A stretch of 64,000 nucleotides of DNA from a virus, in the IMG/VR virus record IMGVR_UViG_3300025120_000034, positions 7,554 to 71,553 of that record; one strand, written 5' to 3'. This document shows, one piece after another, positions 17,324 to 27,200 of the stretch. How positions within the stretch are numbered: the first letter of the stretch is position 1; every line of letters begins with the position of its first letter. The translations under genes and the position numbers were made by a program. The notes under the pieces are model-generated. The model did not search any database. It saw nothing but the letters and a program-made list of their open reading frames with translations, and was not told the DNA's origin.

Positions 17324-17522
17324 CTTTTGAAAGCCGCGCACCTAATTAAATCTTTACCTTGTCGGGTGAGGTGGGGTGTCCAGTCTTTTACTTTGAATTT
17401 AATTGTAGAAGTAAAGGGTTAAGTCAAGAGGTGCGTGGTGTTAACCATGAACTTGTTATGGACATCAAAGACTGACAGCTCGGAAAGTCGAGCCTTAATT
17501 GAACATAATAAAACACATATAA

Positions 17523-18110
17523 ATGGACATTTTCAGGGAAGTTTGGAACGAGTATTGTAGTGAGTTGAGTTGGTCACCAAATCTCAACTCTAGGATGAGA
17601 CCGGAAGTTGAAATGAGAGCTGCATTTGCCAATGCATCCGCACCTTTCTTTCACACTTCTGTGTGTGCTAAGATTTTTAATAAAGACAGGACCACCATCT
17701 CTCACTACGTAGTAAACCATGAATGCTACTACATGAACAGCCCTGACTATCGCTCCGCGTTTGATGTGGCATCGAGAATAATTACAGAGAGGATTGATAA
17801 CATGCCTAAGGAAAATCTTACCTTAGAGGCACAAAATTTCTTAAGACCCCATGAGCAAGTTGACACAATCGAAGGACTCATTGAAACACTCAAAACCTTC
17901 AAAGAAAAAATTCAATACCGATTACGATACGGTAAATCCAAATCACTACAAGAAAGGAGGGCAACAAGTGTGGCATATGATGCTAAAGATTTGGGGAAGG
18001 GAAGCTTACATGGCTTTCTGCGAGATGAACAGCTTCAAGTACAGGATGAGAGCGGGTTCGAAACCAACGTCAAGCATCGAAGAGGACCTAAAGAAAGCGC
18101 AGTGGTATGA
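17523..18110 (+). CDS. Protein with DnaA domain IV-like helix-turn-helix
   Basis: SRMRPEV..R.A.......AKIFNKDRTTISHY resembles the DnaA C-terminal HTH; the C-terminus overlaps the next gene. Confidence 0.55.
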   Translation: MDIFREVWNEYCSELSWSPNLNSRMRPEVEMRAAFANASAPFFHTSVCAKIFNKDRTTISHYVVNHECYYMNSPDYRSAFDVASRIITERIDNMPKENLTLEAQNFLRPHEQVDTIEGLIETLKTFKEKIQYRLRYGKSKSLQERRATSVAYDAKDLGKGSLHGFLRDEQLQVQDESGFETNVKHRRGPKESAVV

Positions 18111-18225
18111 AAACCAGATAGAGGAACTGCGCAATGAAAAGCAAGAGAGTAACAATATATCCGACAATCTATCGCACACAGGACGCAGTGATTACGTCCC
18201 TAGATACAGTGCTAACGAGGATTAA
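17851..18225 (+). CDS. DUF3310-family (T7 gp1.7-like) protein
   Basis: VNPNHY..G, FC..N..KY..RAG.K, EDLKKA.WY. Confidence 0.8.
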   Translation: MSKLTQSKDSLKHSKPSKKKFNTDYDTVNPNHYKKGGQQVWHMMLKIWGREAYMAFCEMNSFKYRMRAGSKPTSSIEEDLKKAQWYENQIEELRNEKQESNNISDNLSHTGRSDYVPRYSANED

Positions 18226-19930
18226 AGATGGAAAGAGCCGACCAAAGGTTGAGTTAATAAGGAACGGAGATAAAAGTCATAAGCAAGAGCTTCCGGCGGT
18301 TTGTTTTAGTGGTGTGTTTGAAGATGGTCAGCGCAGTGACGATACGCTAAAGTATCACAGCGGCCTTATCATCCTAGATTTTGACCACGTTGACGCGAAC
18401 AGAGCTAAGTCAGCCCTAGCTGGAGACAAATACATTATGTCTTGTTGGTCATCACCAAGCGGTGACGGAGTCAAGGCTCTTGTGGAGGTAACAAATACCG
18501 AGAGACATAGAGACCACTATCGCTCTTTAATAACATACTTCGATAAGCAGTATGGGCTAGAGCTAGATAGCACAGGAGAGAATGAAAGCAGGTTGTGCTT
18601 TGAGTCGTATGACCCAGACATCGTAATCAAGAATGAGTACGAGCGATATGGAGGCATGCTCTCCGAGCGTTCCCAGCATCAAGAAGTGAAAGGCACGGGC
18701 GGTAAGACCGACTTTAACAAGGTCAATATAGCTGCTGCCATGATTGCTAAAGCTCCGGATGGAGAGAAGCATTCTGTTCTTGTGAAGGCTGCCAGTCTTA
18801 TGGGTGGTTACATAGCTAGCGGTATTGTCGAAGAGGATGTAGCGAGATGGGTGCTTGAGAGAGAGATATCAAAGAGAGATATAGATAACATCGAAGCCGC
18901 TATCAATACTATTAATGATGGTATTGCGAATGGTAAGAACCTTCCAATTGGGGAGGTGATAAGCAACGAGGAGAAGGTTCGTAGAGAGATGAAGCTCAAC
19001 GATGGCGATATGTCATTCGTAAGTAGTGATGATGTTGACTATGACTGGATTGAAAACTATGTGGATGGCAACATCCCTCTTGGATTATCTACAGGGAACA
19101 GTCGGGTTGATGAGCATTTTGTTTTCAAGAAAGAGTTTGTTATGATTAACGGTCACAGCAACATAGGTAAAACAACATTTGCTCTTTGGATGATGGTTGC
19201 CAGTGCCATGAATCATGATTGGAGGTGGGTTATTTACAGCTCTGAAAATAGAACGGCAGCAGTCAAGATGAAGCTTGTTCAGTTTGCTCTTAATAAAAAG
19301 ATAAGCAGCACTACATATCAAGAGAGGGCGCATGCACGAGAGTGGGTTGAGAATCATTTTATTGTGATTGACAACAGTAAAACTTACAGCTACTCAGATA
19401 TCATTATATTTTGTGAGAAAGTTCACAGGCAGCAACCTATTGATGGCCTCTTCGTTGACCCTTACAACAGCCTCAAGATAGAGATGAGTGCGGGTAGAGG
19501 TGTAGGTCCTCATGAGTATCACTACGAAGCAGCATCAGAATTCCTGACCTTTAGCAACAATATGGATGTAGCTGTATGGGTTAACGCGCATAGCATTACG
19601 GAGAGTCAAAGAAGAAAGGGAGACGATGGATTACAGGTAGCCCCTTATGCTGAAGACACAGAGCACGGTGGTAAATGGGTTAATCGTAGCGATTGTTTCA
19701 TCACACTACACAGAAAGATACAGCATCCAGATGTGTTGATGCGTAGATGCGTGGAGATGCACGTTAGGAAAGTGAGAGAGGTAGATACCGGAGGAAAGCC
19801 AACCTCATATCATGAACCATTGATGTTTGAATTCAACAGTACACAGAGTGGTTTTGCATTGCGCGGTCCCGAACCATTGTTATTCACATCGCTTGGTGAA
19901 AAAGTTGTTGGCAAACAAATCAGTATCTAG
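18134..19930 (+). CDS. Primase-helicase (BT4734/VirE-N-like N domain plus DnaB-like SF4 helicase)
   Basis: K..LP...FSG.F, HSG...LDFDH, SPSG.G.K, R.CF.SYDP; Walker A GHSNIGKT, YSSEN, FVDPYN, VNAH. Confidence 0.85.
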   Translation: MKSKRVTIYPTIYRTQDAVITSLDTVLTRIKDGKSRPKVELIRNGDKSHKQELPAVCFSGVFEDGQRSDDTLKYHSGLIILDFDHVDANRAKSALAGDKYIMSCWSSPSGDGVKALVEVTNTERHRDHYRSLITYFDKQYGLELDSTGENESRLCFESYDPDIVIKNEYERYGGMLSERSQHQEVKGTGGKTDFNKVNIAAAMIAKAPDGEKHSVLVKAASLMGGYIASGIVEEDVARWVLEREISKRDIDNIEAAINTINDGIANGKNLPIGEVISNEEKVRREMKLNDGDMSFVSSDDVDYDWIENYVDGNIPLGLSTGNSRVDEHFVFKKEFVMINGHSNIGKTTFALWMMVASAMNHDWRWVIYSSENRTAAVKMKLVQFALNKKISSTTYQERAHAREWVENHFIVIDNSKTYSYSDIIIFCEKVHRQQPIDGLFVDPYNSLKIEMSAGRGVGPHEYHYEAASEFLTFSNNMDVAVWVNAHSITESQRRKGDDGLQVAPYAEDTEHGGKWVNRSDCFITLHRKIQHPDVLMRRCVEMHVRKVREVDTGGKPTSYHEPLMFEFNSTQSGFALRGPEPLLFTSLGEKVVGKQISI

Positions 19931-19946
19931 CCTTACCTTTTAGGTT

Positions 19947-20414
19947 ATGGCTAAAATTCGAAGGAGTAAAACAAAGCCTAGCAAGAAAAGAAATTTAAAT
20001 CGTGGCGGTGTAAATCTAAAGTCAACGCTAGAGACTTACTGTTACGATAAATTAAGAGAGGCTAAGCTTAAGTTTAATTACGAAGGCGAGACGTTTCAAT
20101 TGATGGACTCTTTTAGATATCCCGGTATATACTATAAGTCAACAAGGGGTAAAGATGTTCTCGTTGATGCAACAAACAAAGTGGCTCTAGGAATAAAGTA
20201 CACACCTGACTTTGTTAGCCACGAACATAAGTTCATCATAGAGACAAAAGGATTCGTTCCGTCTCAACACACCTTCCCTTTGAGGTGGAAGCTTTTCCTG
20301 AAGTACATGGTTGAAAATGATATGGATGACTACATGTTATTCATCCCTAAGAATAAAAAACAGATAGAGCATGCAGTCTCTGTCATAAAAAAAGAGATAG
20401 ATGACCGAAGCTAA
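19947..20414 (+). CDS. T7 endonuclease I-like Holliday junction resolvase
   Basis: KS.LE, F.YE, YTPDF, IIETKG. Confidence 0.75.
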   Translation: MAKIRRSKTKPSKKRNLNRGGVNLKSTLETYCYDKLREAKLKFNYEGETFQLMDSFRYPGIYYKSTRGKDVLVDATNKVALGIKYTPDFVSHEHKFIIETKGFVPSQHTFPLRWKLFLKYMVENDMDDYMLFIPKNKKQIEHAVSVIKKEIDDRS

Positions 20415-20637
20415 ACTCAGTCAATTATACAGCTACTGTACCATCGAGATACAGAGACTGACTACAGAGCTTTATGAGCAACTCCACGAACCTGAGGGGA
20501 TGCCAGACAGTAAATACGAGGAGACTCTGGAGAATGTAAGGAAATACAAACGTCTAATTGTTCTTGAGCTTGAGGCAATAAAGCACGCCGTTCGAGAGTT
20601 TAACAACCATGATAATGGGAAGCAGCTTCAAAAGTGA
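20401..20637 (+). CDS. Hypothetical protein (78 aa)
   Basis: In operon with short overlaps. Confidence 0.6.
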   Translation: MTEAKLSQLYSYCTIEIQRLTTELYEQLHEPEGMPDSKYEETLENVRKYKRLIVLELEAIKHAVREFNNHDNGKQLQK

Positions 20638-21193
20638 TAAGGAATGGGGCGATTACATAGAGCTTGTATGGGCTAATTGGCTGCACTCACACACCGGTGG
20701 TGACACGTTCGAACACTCTAACGGAAGAGTACCGGGATGGGACTTGAGGAACGAAAGGACTGAAAGAAAGCACGAGGTTAAATGGGACGCTGCCGGAAGG
20801 TCGCCTTGGAAGAGTTACGGTAATGTCCGTCAACCAACGGGAAACATCTTCATCGAATATAAAAATCCTACTACTAATGTTGATACAGGAATCATGGCAT
20901 CTGAGTCAAACATATGGGCGCATATTGTTAAGGTGTCTGACAGCTTTGTAGAGGATTCTTCTTTCGACTACAGTGCTTGGGCCTATGTCTTTTCATTGCC
21001 TAAACTTAGGGAGTTCTGCAAAGAGGTGGGCCTTCGTTCTCGTGAAACAACAAGAGACATAGGTAAGAAGGGCAAGCCTAATGCTAAGGGGTGGCTGCTT
21101 CCAATTGATATGATTCTATCAAACAGTAAGGAGTGTGGTTTGATATTGAGAGCTGACATTACCCCTTATCTTTACTCCTCAGAAAAATTTTAA
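20609..21193 (+). CDS. PD-(D/E)XK nuclease-fold protein
   Basis: G...E, WDL, EVK.D, TGNIFIEY, GI..S.S..W, G.LLP motifs. Confidence 0.65.
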   Translation: MIMGSSFKSDKEWGDYIELVWANWLHSHTGGDTFEHSNGRVPGWDLRNERTERKHEVKWDAAGRSPWKSYGNVRQPTGNIFIEYKNPTTNVDTGIMASESNIWAHIVKVSDSFVEDSSFDYSAWAYVFSLPKLREFCKEVGLRSRETTRDIGKKGKPNAKGWLLPIDMILSNSKECGLILRADITPYLYSSEKF

Positions 21194-21194
21194 T

Positions 21195-21728
21195 ATGAGT
21201 CACCTGAAAGAATTTAACTCACTGCGAGATGCAGTGAATGAAGTAATGGACGCAAGTGTAGAGGCTACTGACCGGAAGAGAGTAAATGTTGAGGCGAGAA
21301 TGGTGTTCTCTAAAATATTAGTTGACAAGGGCCATAGTAAATCAATGGTAGGCAGATACCTTAATAAGTCTCACTGCCTAGTTATTCACTACTGCAATCA
21401 GTTTAAGGACTTAGTTGTTTATGACAAAAGACTCAAGGTCAAGTACGAAACTGTCGTTGATGTTTATCATGAAAATTACGACCCTATTTACAACATGACT
21501 AGGGCTGATATGAAGGAGCTGATATTTAAACAGCGGAGAGAGCTAAAGGATTTTGAGAACGAGCTATTCAAACAGGATAAAGTTATTAAAGAGTTGAGTC
21601 GTGATGAAGATACCGGATACGACAGGCTAGAAAAACTGCATAACCTCATCAGGGAAAAGGTTCCTGTAGGAAAAGAAGACATCCTTTATAACAGAATAAA
21701 TATCTTTCTCAATGGCCTATACAGTTAA
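21195..21728 (+). CDS. DnaA domain IV-like HTH protein with coiled coil
   Basis: RKR.NVEAR.VF......G.S...VGR.LNK.H..VIHY. Confidence 0.65.
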   Translation: MSHLKEFNSLRDAVNEVMDASVEATDRKRVNVEARMVFSKILVDKGHSKSMVGRYLNKSHCLVIHYCNQFKDLVVYDKRLKVKYETVVDVYHENYDPIYNMTRADMKELIFKQRRELKDFENELFKQDKVIKELSRDEDTGYDRLEKLHNLIREKVPVGKEDILYNRINIFLNGLYS

Positions 21729-21948
21729 TGACATCCATAAAATAGTGGAGTTTAAAAGTTGGACAGACGAGAAGAAGCTGTCTGAACTCCTTAGGATTGA
21801 TGCCGCTTTATACTGCTCGCTTGGCACCGACTCAACCAAAACGGAAAGAGATTTAGTAAAGTCTAAATCAAGGACAATATACAAGGCTATTAAAACGTTT
21901 GACCAATCAACTGGAGAGATGTTTCTCCGTGCAATGGACATGAAATAA
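21712..21948 (+). CDS. Conserved hypothetical protein (78 aa)
   Basis: LL.IDA.LY..LG.DST..E...VK..SR.IY.AI motif. Confidence 0.7.
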   Translation: MAYTVNDIHKIVEFKSWTDEKKLSELLRIDAALYCSLGTDSTKTERDLVKSKSRTIYKAIKTFDQSTGEMFLRAMDMK

Positions 21949-22229
21949 TGACTGAAGAATTTATGACTGGCTTGCTCAAGCACAAGCACGAGCAGATGAT
22001 GGATATGCTGATTGAATCAGAAGCACTTCTTGCTGATGGGTTTCATCAAGCAATCATTGGGCACACACAGGGTTTTAATGTGATAGCTGTATATGATTAT
22101 GACTTGTGCATTCACATACTAATGGAAAGAGATGAGATGGATTGCCAAGATGCGATTGATTTCATGGAGTACAATGTTATCGGCTCCTATGTTGGCGAGA
22201 AGACCCCCTTGTTTATATCTGTAATTTAA
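21948..22229 (+). CDS. Conserved phage hypothetical protein (93 aa)
   Basis: ADGF..AIIG...AVYD...CI..L...M...A.DF.EYN..G.YVGEKTP; last gene of the plus-strand arm. Confidence 0.75.
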   Translation: MTEEFMTGLLKHKHEQMMDMLIESEALLADGFHQAIIGHTQGFNVIAVYDYDLCIHILMERDEMDCQDAIDFMEYNVIGSYVGEKTPLFISVI

Positions 22230-22270
22230 GTATATTACAGCTGTTACACCGGTATAGTGCTGGAGTTTCG

Positions 22271-23386
22271 CTACCAATGACGGCCCTCACTTTTAATAGT
22301 GGGGGCTTCTTGTTCTCTATAGAATGGGTCAAGCTCAGCTCCATAGCATATCATTCCCCAATGCGCTAGCAATATTTGAAAGTCAATTACATTGAAGTAT
22401 CCGTTACCATTGAGGTCCCCATCAATCCAGTAAGCATCGTCCCAGTTTGTTAGCATAAGCATTAAGTCCATCATGCCCACCACATGGTCTCCGTTTATAT
22501 CGCCCACGCAATAGGGTGGTTGGTCTGTGATTCCCGGACGAAGTATAGGGAGTGCAGCATGTATTCTTTCTATCTGACCTTCTGTAAAGTTTGTTCTACA
22601 TGAGTCAACGTAGTAATCCATATGATTATTCGGTGTGTAGTCGTAAGCTCCGGGTGGACAAATAGGATTAACACAGCTCCAGTTTATTTTAGTTGGAGGT
22701 GTATCACACACATAGTCTCCTGTCTCTAAGCAATCCCCTAAGACCTGACCGCAGTTATCTACATTCCTAAACACATGATGCAAACCAACGAAGTGACCCA
22801 CCTCATGTACTAATGTTTTGTTTTCCATTCTTGCAGAGTCTGTTAGTTGCGGCCCATACCTACCCGTCATATCAGACCTAACCCAAACTCCATCAAGGTC
22901 AGTCGAGGCATAGGCAGTCCAAGCAAATCCCAATATACCGCCGCAAAACTGGGGGAATATATGTACATTCATATACTCCTCTCTATCCCATATTAAATCT
23001 TCTACATAATCTTCCATCCAGTTCCAACCGCTTGAACTGTAGGGGACGCATACGTTGTTATTGCCTAGTATTTCTGGGGCTGCCCAGAACTCATCGAAGT
23101 TATGGTGCGAAATTGACACAAGGTCAAAGCTTATCATGGCCTCGCTAAACTCTTCATTTAAATGCTCGTGAGCATCCATAATAATGTCTTCTGAAATATA
23201 ACTATAAGGAAAGCTGTCGGTGTAATGTACGTGGTAGACACAGTCTATCTCCTCCCACTGGATAGAGCGAGACTGAAGCCCCATGAATTTAGCGTATACA
23301 CTTTCCTCGGAACTAAAAACGATACATTCCTCTTGAGCTTGAGATGATAAGCTAAGAAGAGAAAGAGTTAAAGTTAACCACCTCAT
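22271..23386 (-). CDS. Secreted M43 (pappalysin/ulilysin-like) zinc metalloprotease with dockerin-like C-terminal repeats
   Basis: Signal peptide; HEVGHFVGLHH, GD.VCDTPP, N.MDY Met-turn, FT.GQ..R; two GD.NG Ca-binding repeats. Confidence 0.85.
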   Translation of the reverse strand: MRWLTLTLSLLSLSSQAQEECIVFSSEESVYAKFMGLQSRSIQWEEIDCVYHVHYTDSFPYSYISEDIIMDAHEHLNEEFSEAMISFDLVSISHHNFDEFWAAPEILGNNNVCVPYSSSGWNWMEDYVEDLIWDREEYMNVHIFPQFCGGILGFAWTAYASTDLDGVWVRSDMTGRYGPQLTDSARMENKTLVHEVGHFVGLHHVFRNVDNCGQVLGDCLETGDYVCDTPPTKINWSCVNPICPPGAYDYTPNNHMDYYVDSCRTNFTEGQIERIHAALPILRPGITDQPPYCVGDINGDHVVGMMDLMLMLTNWDDAYWIDGDLNGNGYFNVIDFQILLAHWGMICYGAELDPFYREQEAPTIKSEGRHW

Positions 23387-23829
23387 CTTTTTGTTTTTTC
23401 TATAGTTCTTCCTGCAAAGTAAGCCCCGAATACCGTAAGCATTAACACTTGAAGAAGGTCTATGTAGTTCTCTCTTGGGGAGAACTCAGTGTCAACTCCA
23501 TCCCAAATCATAACCACCATAAAAAAAGCAAGCATAGTGATTAGCACGCTAGGTCTAATGAGCTTGGCTAGCTTTACATCGCTTGACATGTCTGACTCCC
23601 ATCGCTTCGTGACGTTGTCCTGAGCATTCATCTCTTGTCGCGCAGCAATCTCACTGAACTCCATTCGCTGCTCAGGCGTTAAGTCTGGCTCACTATCCAC
23701 CAGTCTCTTTACAACACCCAGTACACCTTTGTCCGGAAGCGAGTTCCCTACCACATCCAGTACATGAGGTACACTCCTTGCCAGCCACTTTCCTACAGCT
23801 GTGTCCTTTAATTTCTTCTTGTCTTCCAT
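23383..23829 (-). CDS. Holin (GTA 3TM-holin-like)
   Basis: VT.RW.SDM.SD..L.K.IRP, two hydrophobic helices, GAYFAGRT.EK. Confidence 0.75.
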   Translation of the reverse strand: MEDKKKLKDTAVGKWLARSVPHVLDVVGNSLPDKGVLGVVKRLVDSEPDLTPEQRMEFSEIAARQEMNAQDNVTKRWESDMSSDVKLAKLIRPSVLITMLAFFMVVMIWDGVDTEFSPRENYIDLLQVLMLTVFGAYFAGRTIEKTKR

Positions 23830-24283
23830 CTAAGTCTATATATGTGATGCTACAGTCCTCGATTTCAATTGCATCTGCAATATCCGAATATATGGATTTG
23901 TAGGCTGTGATTGAAGAACCGACATATCCTGTAGAGTTTTTGTTTTCTGTTTGTGTGGCCCCAACAAGAAGGCAACCGCTGGTGTCATCATTATCGTTTC
24001 CACAGTGTATTAGTATGTGAGTGAAGTTAGGGACATCCATAACCTCAATCATGCCTTTGTGAATTCCAGAAAATCTTTTTGAATACCTGTCGTGAAACCC
24101 GCCCCATGTTTTTAACCGGAGGTTGTATGTACCCGCAGGGATTCTAGTCTCATGCATAACCTTGGTTTCTCTGTACTCATCTTCCAAAGTGTAGCACATG
24201 AACTTGCGGCCTTCCGTTACATCAAACAGTAACCCAAGGGTATCATCCTTCTGACTGCTGAATCTGATTACCTCTAGTCTCAT
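23693..24283 (-). CDS. DUF5675-family protein (putative cell-wall enzyme)
   Basis: TLG.L, CYTLED, IPAG.Y, VPNF..ILIH.GN...DT.GCLLVG; adjacent to holin. Confidence 0.8.
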   Translation of the reverse strand: MRLEVIRFSSQKDDTLGLLFDVTEGRKFMCYTLEDEYRETKVMHETRIPAGTYNLRLKTWGGFHDRYSKRFSGIHKGMIEVMDVPNFTHILIHCGNDNDDTSGCLLVGATQTENKNSTGYVGSSITAYKSIYSDIADAIEIEDCSITYIDLDGRQEEIKGHSCRKVAGKECTSCTGCGRELASGQRCTGCCKETGG

Positions 24284-27200
24284 TCTTCTATCGATTCAAT
24301 GTATCGTTCTTGTACATAAAAGCTAGGCTTTACTAGGCTAAGATAAGTGTCAAGGAATAATTTAAATGCCTCGAAATCTTTTGGCTTCATGTTATCTTTC
24401 TTGCCCCTGAGATACGCATAGTAATCTCTAGCATTCTTCAATTGTTTAGGTAGCTTTCTGGCCTCCCTCATGTATACCTTATACTGTTCGGGATAAGAGG
24501 TTCTCATGTGCTGTTCAGCTATGACTGGCTTTACAGATGACTTGAATGAGTTCGCAACTCTAATCTTATCGAATGGATTGTCTACCTGATTGATGAGTTT
24601 GATTAACCTTTCATCTCCCTCCCCTGAGATTACATCACGACCATATCTTTCTGCGATAGTTTCGTATGCAGCTAGCTGTTCTTCATTTGATAACCTTCTA
24701 TCTCTTGGTAAGTCATCCAATGATGATATCAATTTTCTAACCTCGCTACTGGATAGCCCTACCATTTGAGTAGCTGCTAACGTAGTCTTAAGAGCGAAGT
24801 GAAGCATCATTGAGTTCTTGTCCTCAGGTCTAACGTAATACTCTGCACCAGTGGCGGTAACAACTTTGTTATTGGGGAGCTGTAAGTTGTGTACCGTAGT
24901 TACGATGTCATCAATATAGTCTCCGTAAGGTCCAGCCCAGCTACCACCGTCTTCAAATACAGGGACACCCTTGTTTAATCTCACCCATCGCTCATACCCA
25001 TCATCGTCACCAAGATTATAATCACCCTCTCTTGCCTTATCTAATTGATACCACACGCTTCTGTTCAAAAAGGATTTCGCTTTGTTGTCTACCAAGGATA
25101 ACGGAGGCAAAGGAGACATATCAATAGCCGTTTGAGTCGCAATATCTCTAAGTGTATTTGATTTTTTAGGAGCTTCTTCATCATCTTCCCCGAATAGCAA
25201 CGCGCCCACATAAGCCGTAAGTCCCGCCAATACAATCTTATTGGTGGCATGGAACATAGCGGTCTCTACGCTATGACCAAGCATAGCAACTGCACCTTCG
25301 GACTTAACTTTTAAATCCTGTCTGCTCTTAGGTATTAGTCCGCTCATCCCATCAGCCCCAACCATTCGCCACCAATCAGAAGACACGCTTCTCTTTTTGT
25401 TTATGCTAAACCTTGCAAATGGAATGAGAAGATTTTTAGCTATGTGCATTCCCAAGTTGTTAAGACCTTTCTCTTGAGCATATATTTCAGCTGCCTCTCT
25501 AGTAGTGGATGCTGACTGGTCTTTAGCAACCATCATATCAGAGTAACTCAAAGCTGTACTGTTGGGGTTCGCTGCCTCCGCATCCCAGTCAATCTCTTCA
25601 AAGCTATCTACAACGCCTTCGCTTATTAAAGCGTCCCCGTAGAACATAAACCATGAAGCAACAGCCGCAATCTTATCTGTACCCTTGAGGTTTTTTAAAC
25701 TTATGTTTGTTAGCTTTCTCTGTAGCTTTGCGAATCCACCTTCATCAAGGTTTAACTTACCTGTGAATGGGTCAATGTTTCCCGCTTCGTAATCCCTTTG
25801 AAACACAGGTGAATTTTGCAGTAGCTTGTATCTACCACCATCCATTGCTAGCTTGGAATCCTTTTTCGTTAGGGTCTCAATATTAAACATCATGAACTCT
25901 GACATTACCTGAATCAGATAAGGGATAGACTTCATTGGGTTGTTGGCTTGAAATGCAACACTCCACAGTACCTGTGATTGCTTTAATGTTTGAAAGACAA
26001 AGCCACCAAAAAGACTAACAACAACTGCATTTCTCAGTACGCTGATTGGGTTAACAAACTTAACCCCTCTTATCGTCTGTGTTGGCTGGAATGCCAACGG
26101 CACTGTAGCTGAATCCTGCTGAACATACAGCATAATCTTTTTCTCTAGGTCGAGTCTGGATTTTCTGTTTGGAATCAATGATGCGGCAGCGTCACTATTA
26201 ATTACATGATTAGCAACAACGACATCCCCTATAGTATTTGATAGTATAACGTTCTCTCGAATCGTTCTTTCATTTATAGCCACGAAGTCTAAGCCTATCT
26301 TGCTCTTCCCTTTTAGTGACCTTGGGTTTCTTTCAAAGCTGCTGCCTGCAACTTTCTTAGAATGAGACAGAGACGTACTAGCTAGTGACTGCTGAAGCGA
26401 AAGTCTTAAACTGAGTATGTCATCTACATCCTTGACCCCTGTCTCAGGTATAACCTTAAAGGCAGTGTAGTTCTCCTCTACCTCCAGCTCCTTTCCTAAA
26501 TATCTCTCTACATAATTTCTAAACTGAGGCATCAAGGTAGAATGAATGTCCGCCACAAACTGAACGAACCCAGTAATGTCAGACCTATCTCCCTCAACCC
26601 TTGCAATCATATCAGATAGCGTTTCGTTCTCATTGAACATGTAAGAGTACGCATCCTCGAATTCATTTATCTCCTCAATAGGGTATGTCTTTTGTTCAAT
26701 GTAGTCGTCAATCGTTCTTCTCATTGAATCTCTAAGCTCTATATACCAAGCTGCTTCAGCTCCACCACGCTCACCCTCGAAGCTCGGCATCTGTCTTGCC
26801 ATTGAATATAACTGAGCGATTGCCCTGTCATATCTAGTACCAACACTACCACCCTCTTCCGATATCCTGTCAATCTCTTCGCTAATCATTTCAGTTAGCT
26901 GTGAATGAATGAAGTCGGCCTTAGCAAAGCTTCCAACAAGCTGAGCAATACCAAAGCTAACCCTAAGCTTAGCTGAAGTAATCCTGTCTGTTGGGATTAG
27001 GTTCTGAAGGAATGAGTTTATTGTTCCGAACGGAGCCAAGAAAACATTTGGTCTAGACTTCAATCCCTTTGACCGCGTGAGTTTAGATAATGAAGATGGT
27101 AGGTCAATGTTACCTCTAACCAAGGAGTGCATATATCCAATGCCGTACACAGAATCATTTACAATGTAATCATCAAGCCTATAGTCAAGGTTGATTACGT

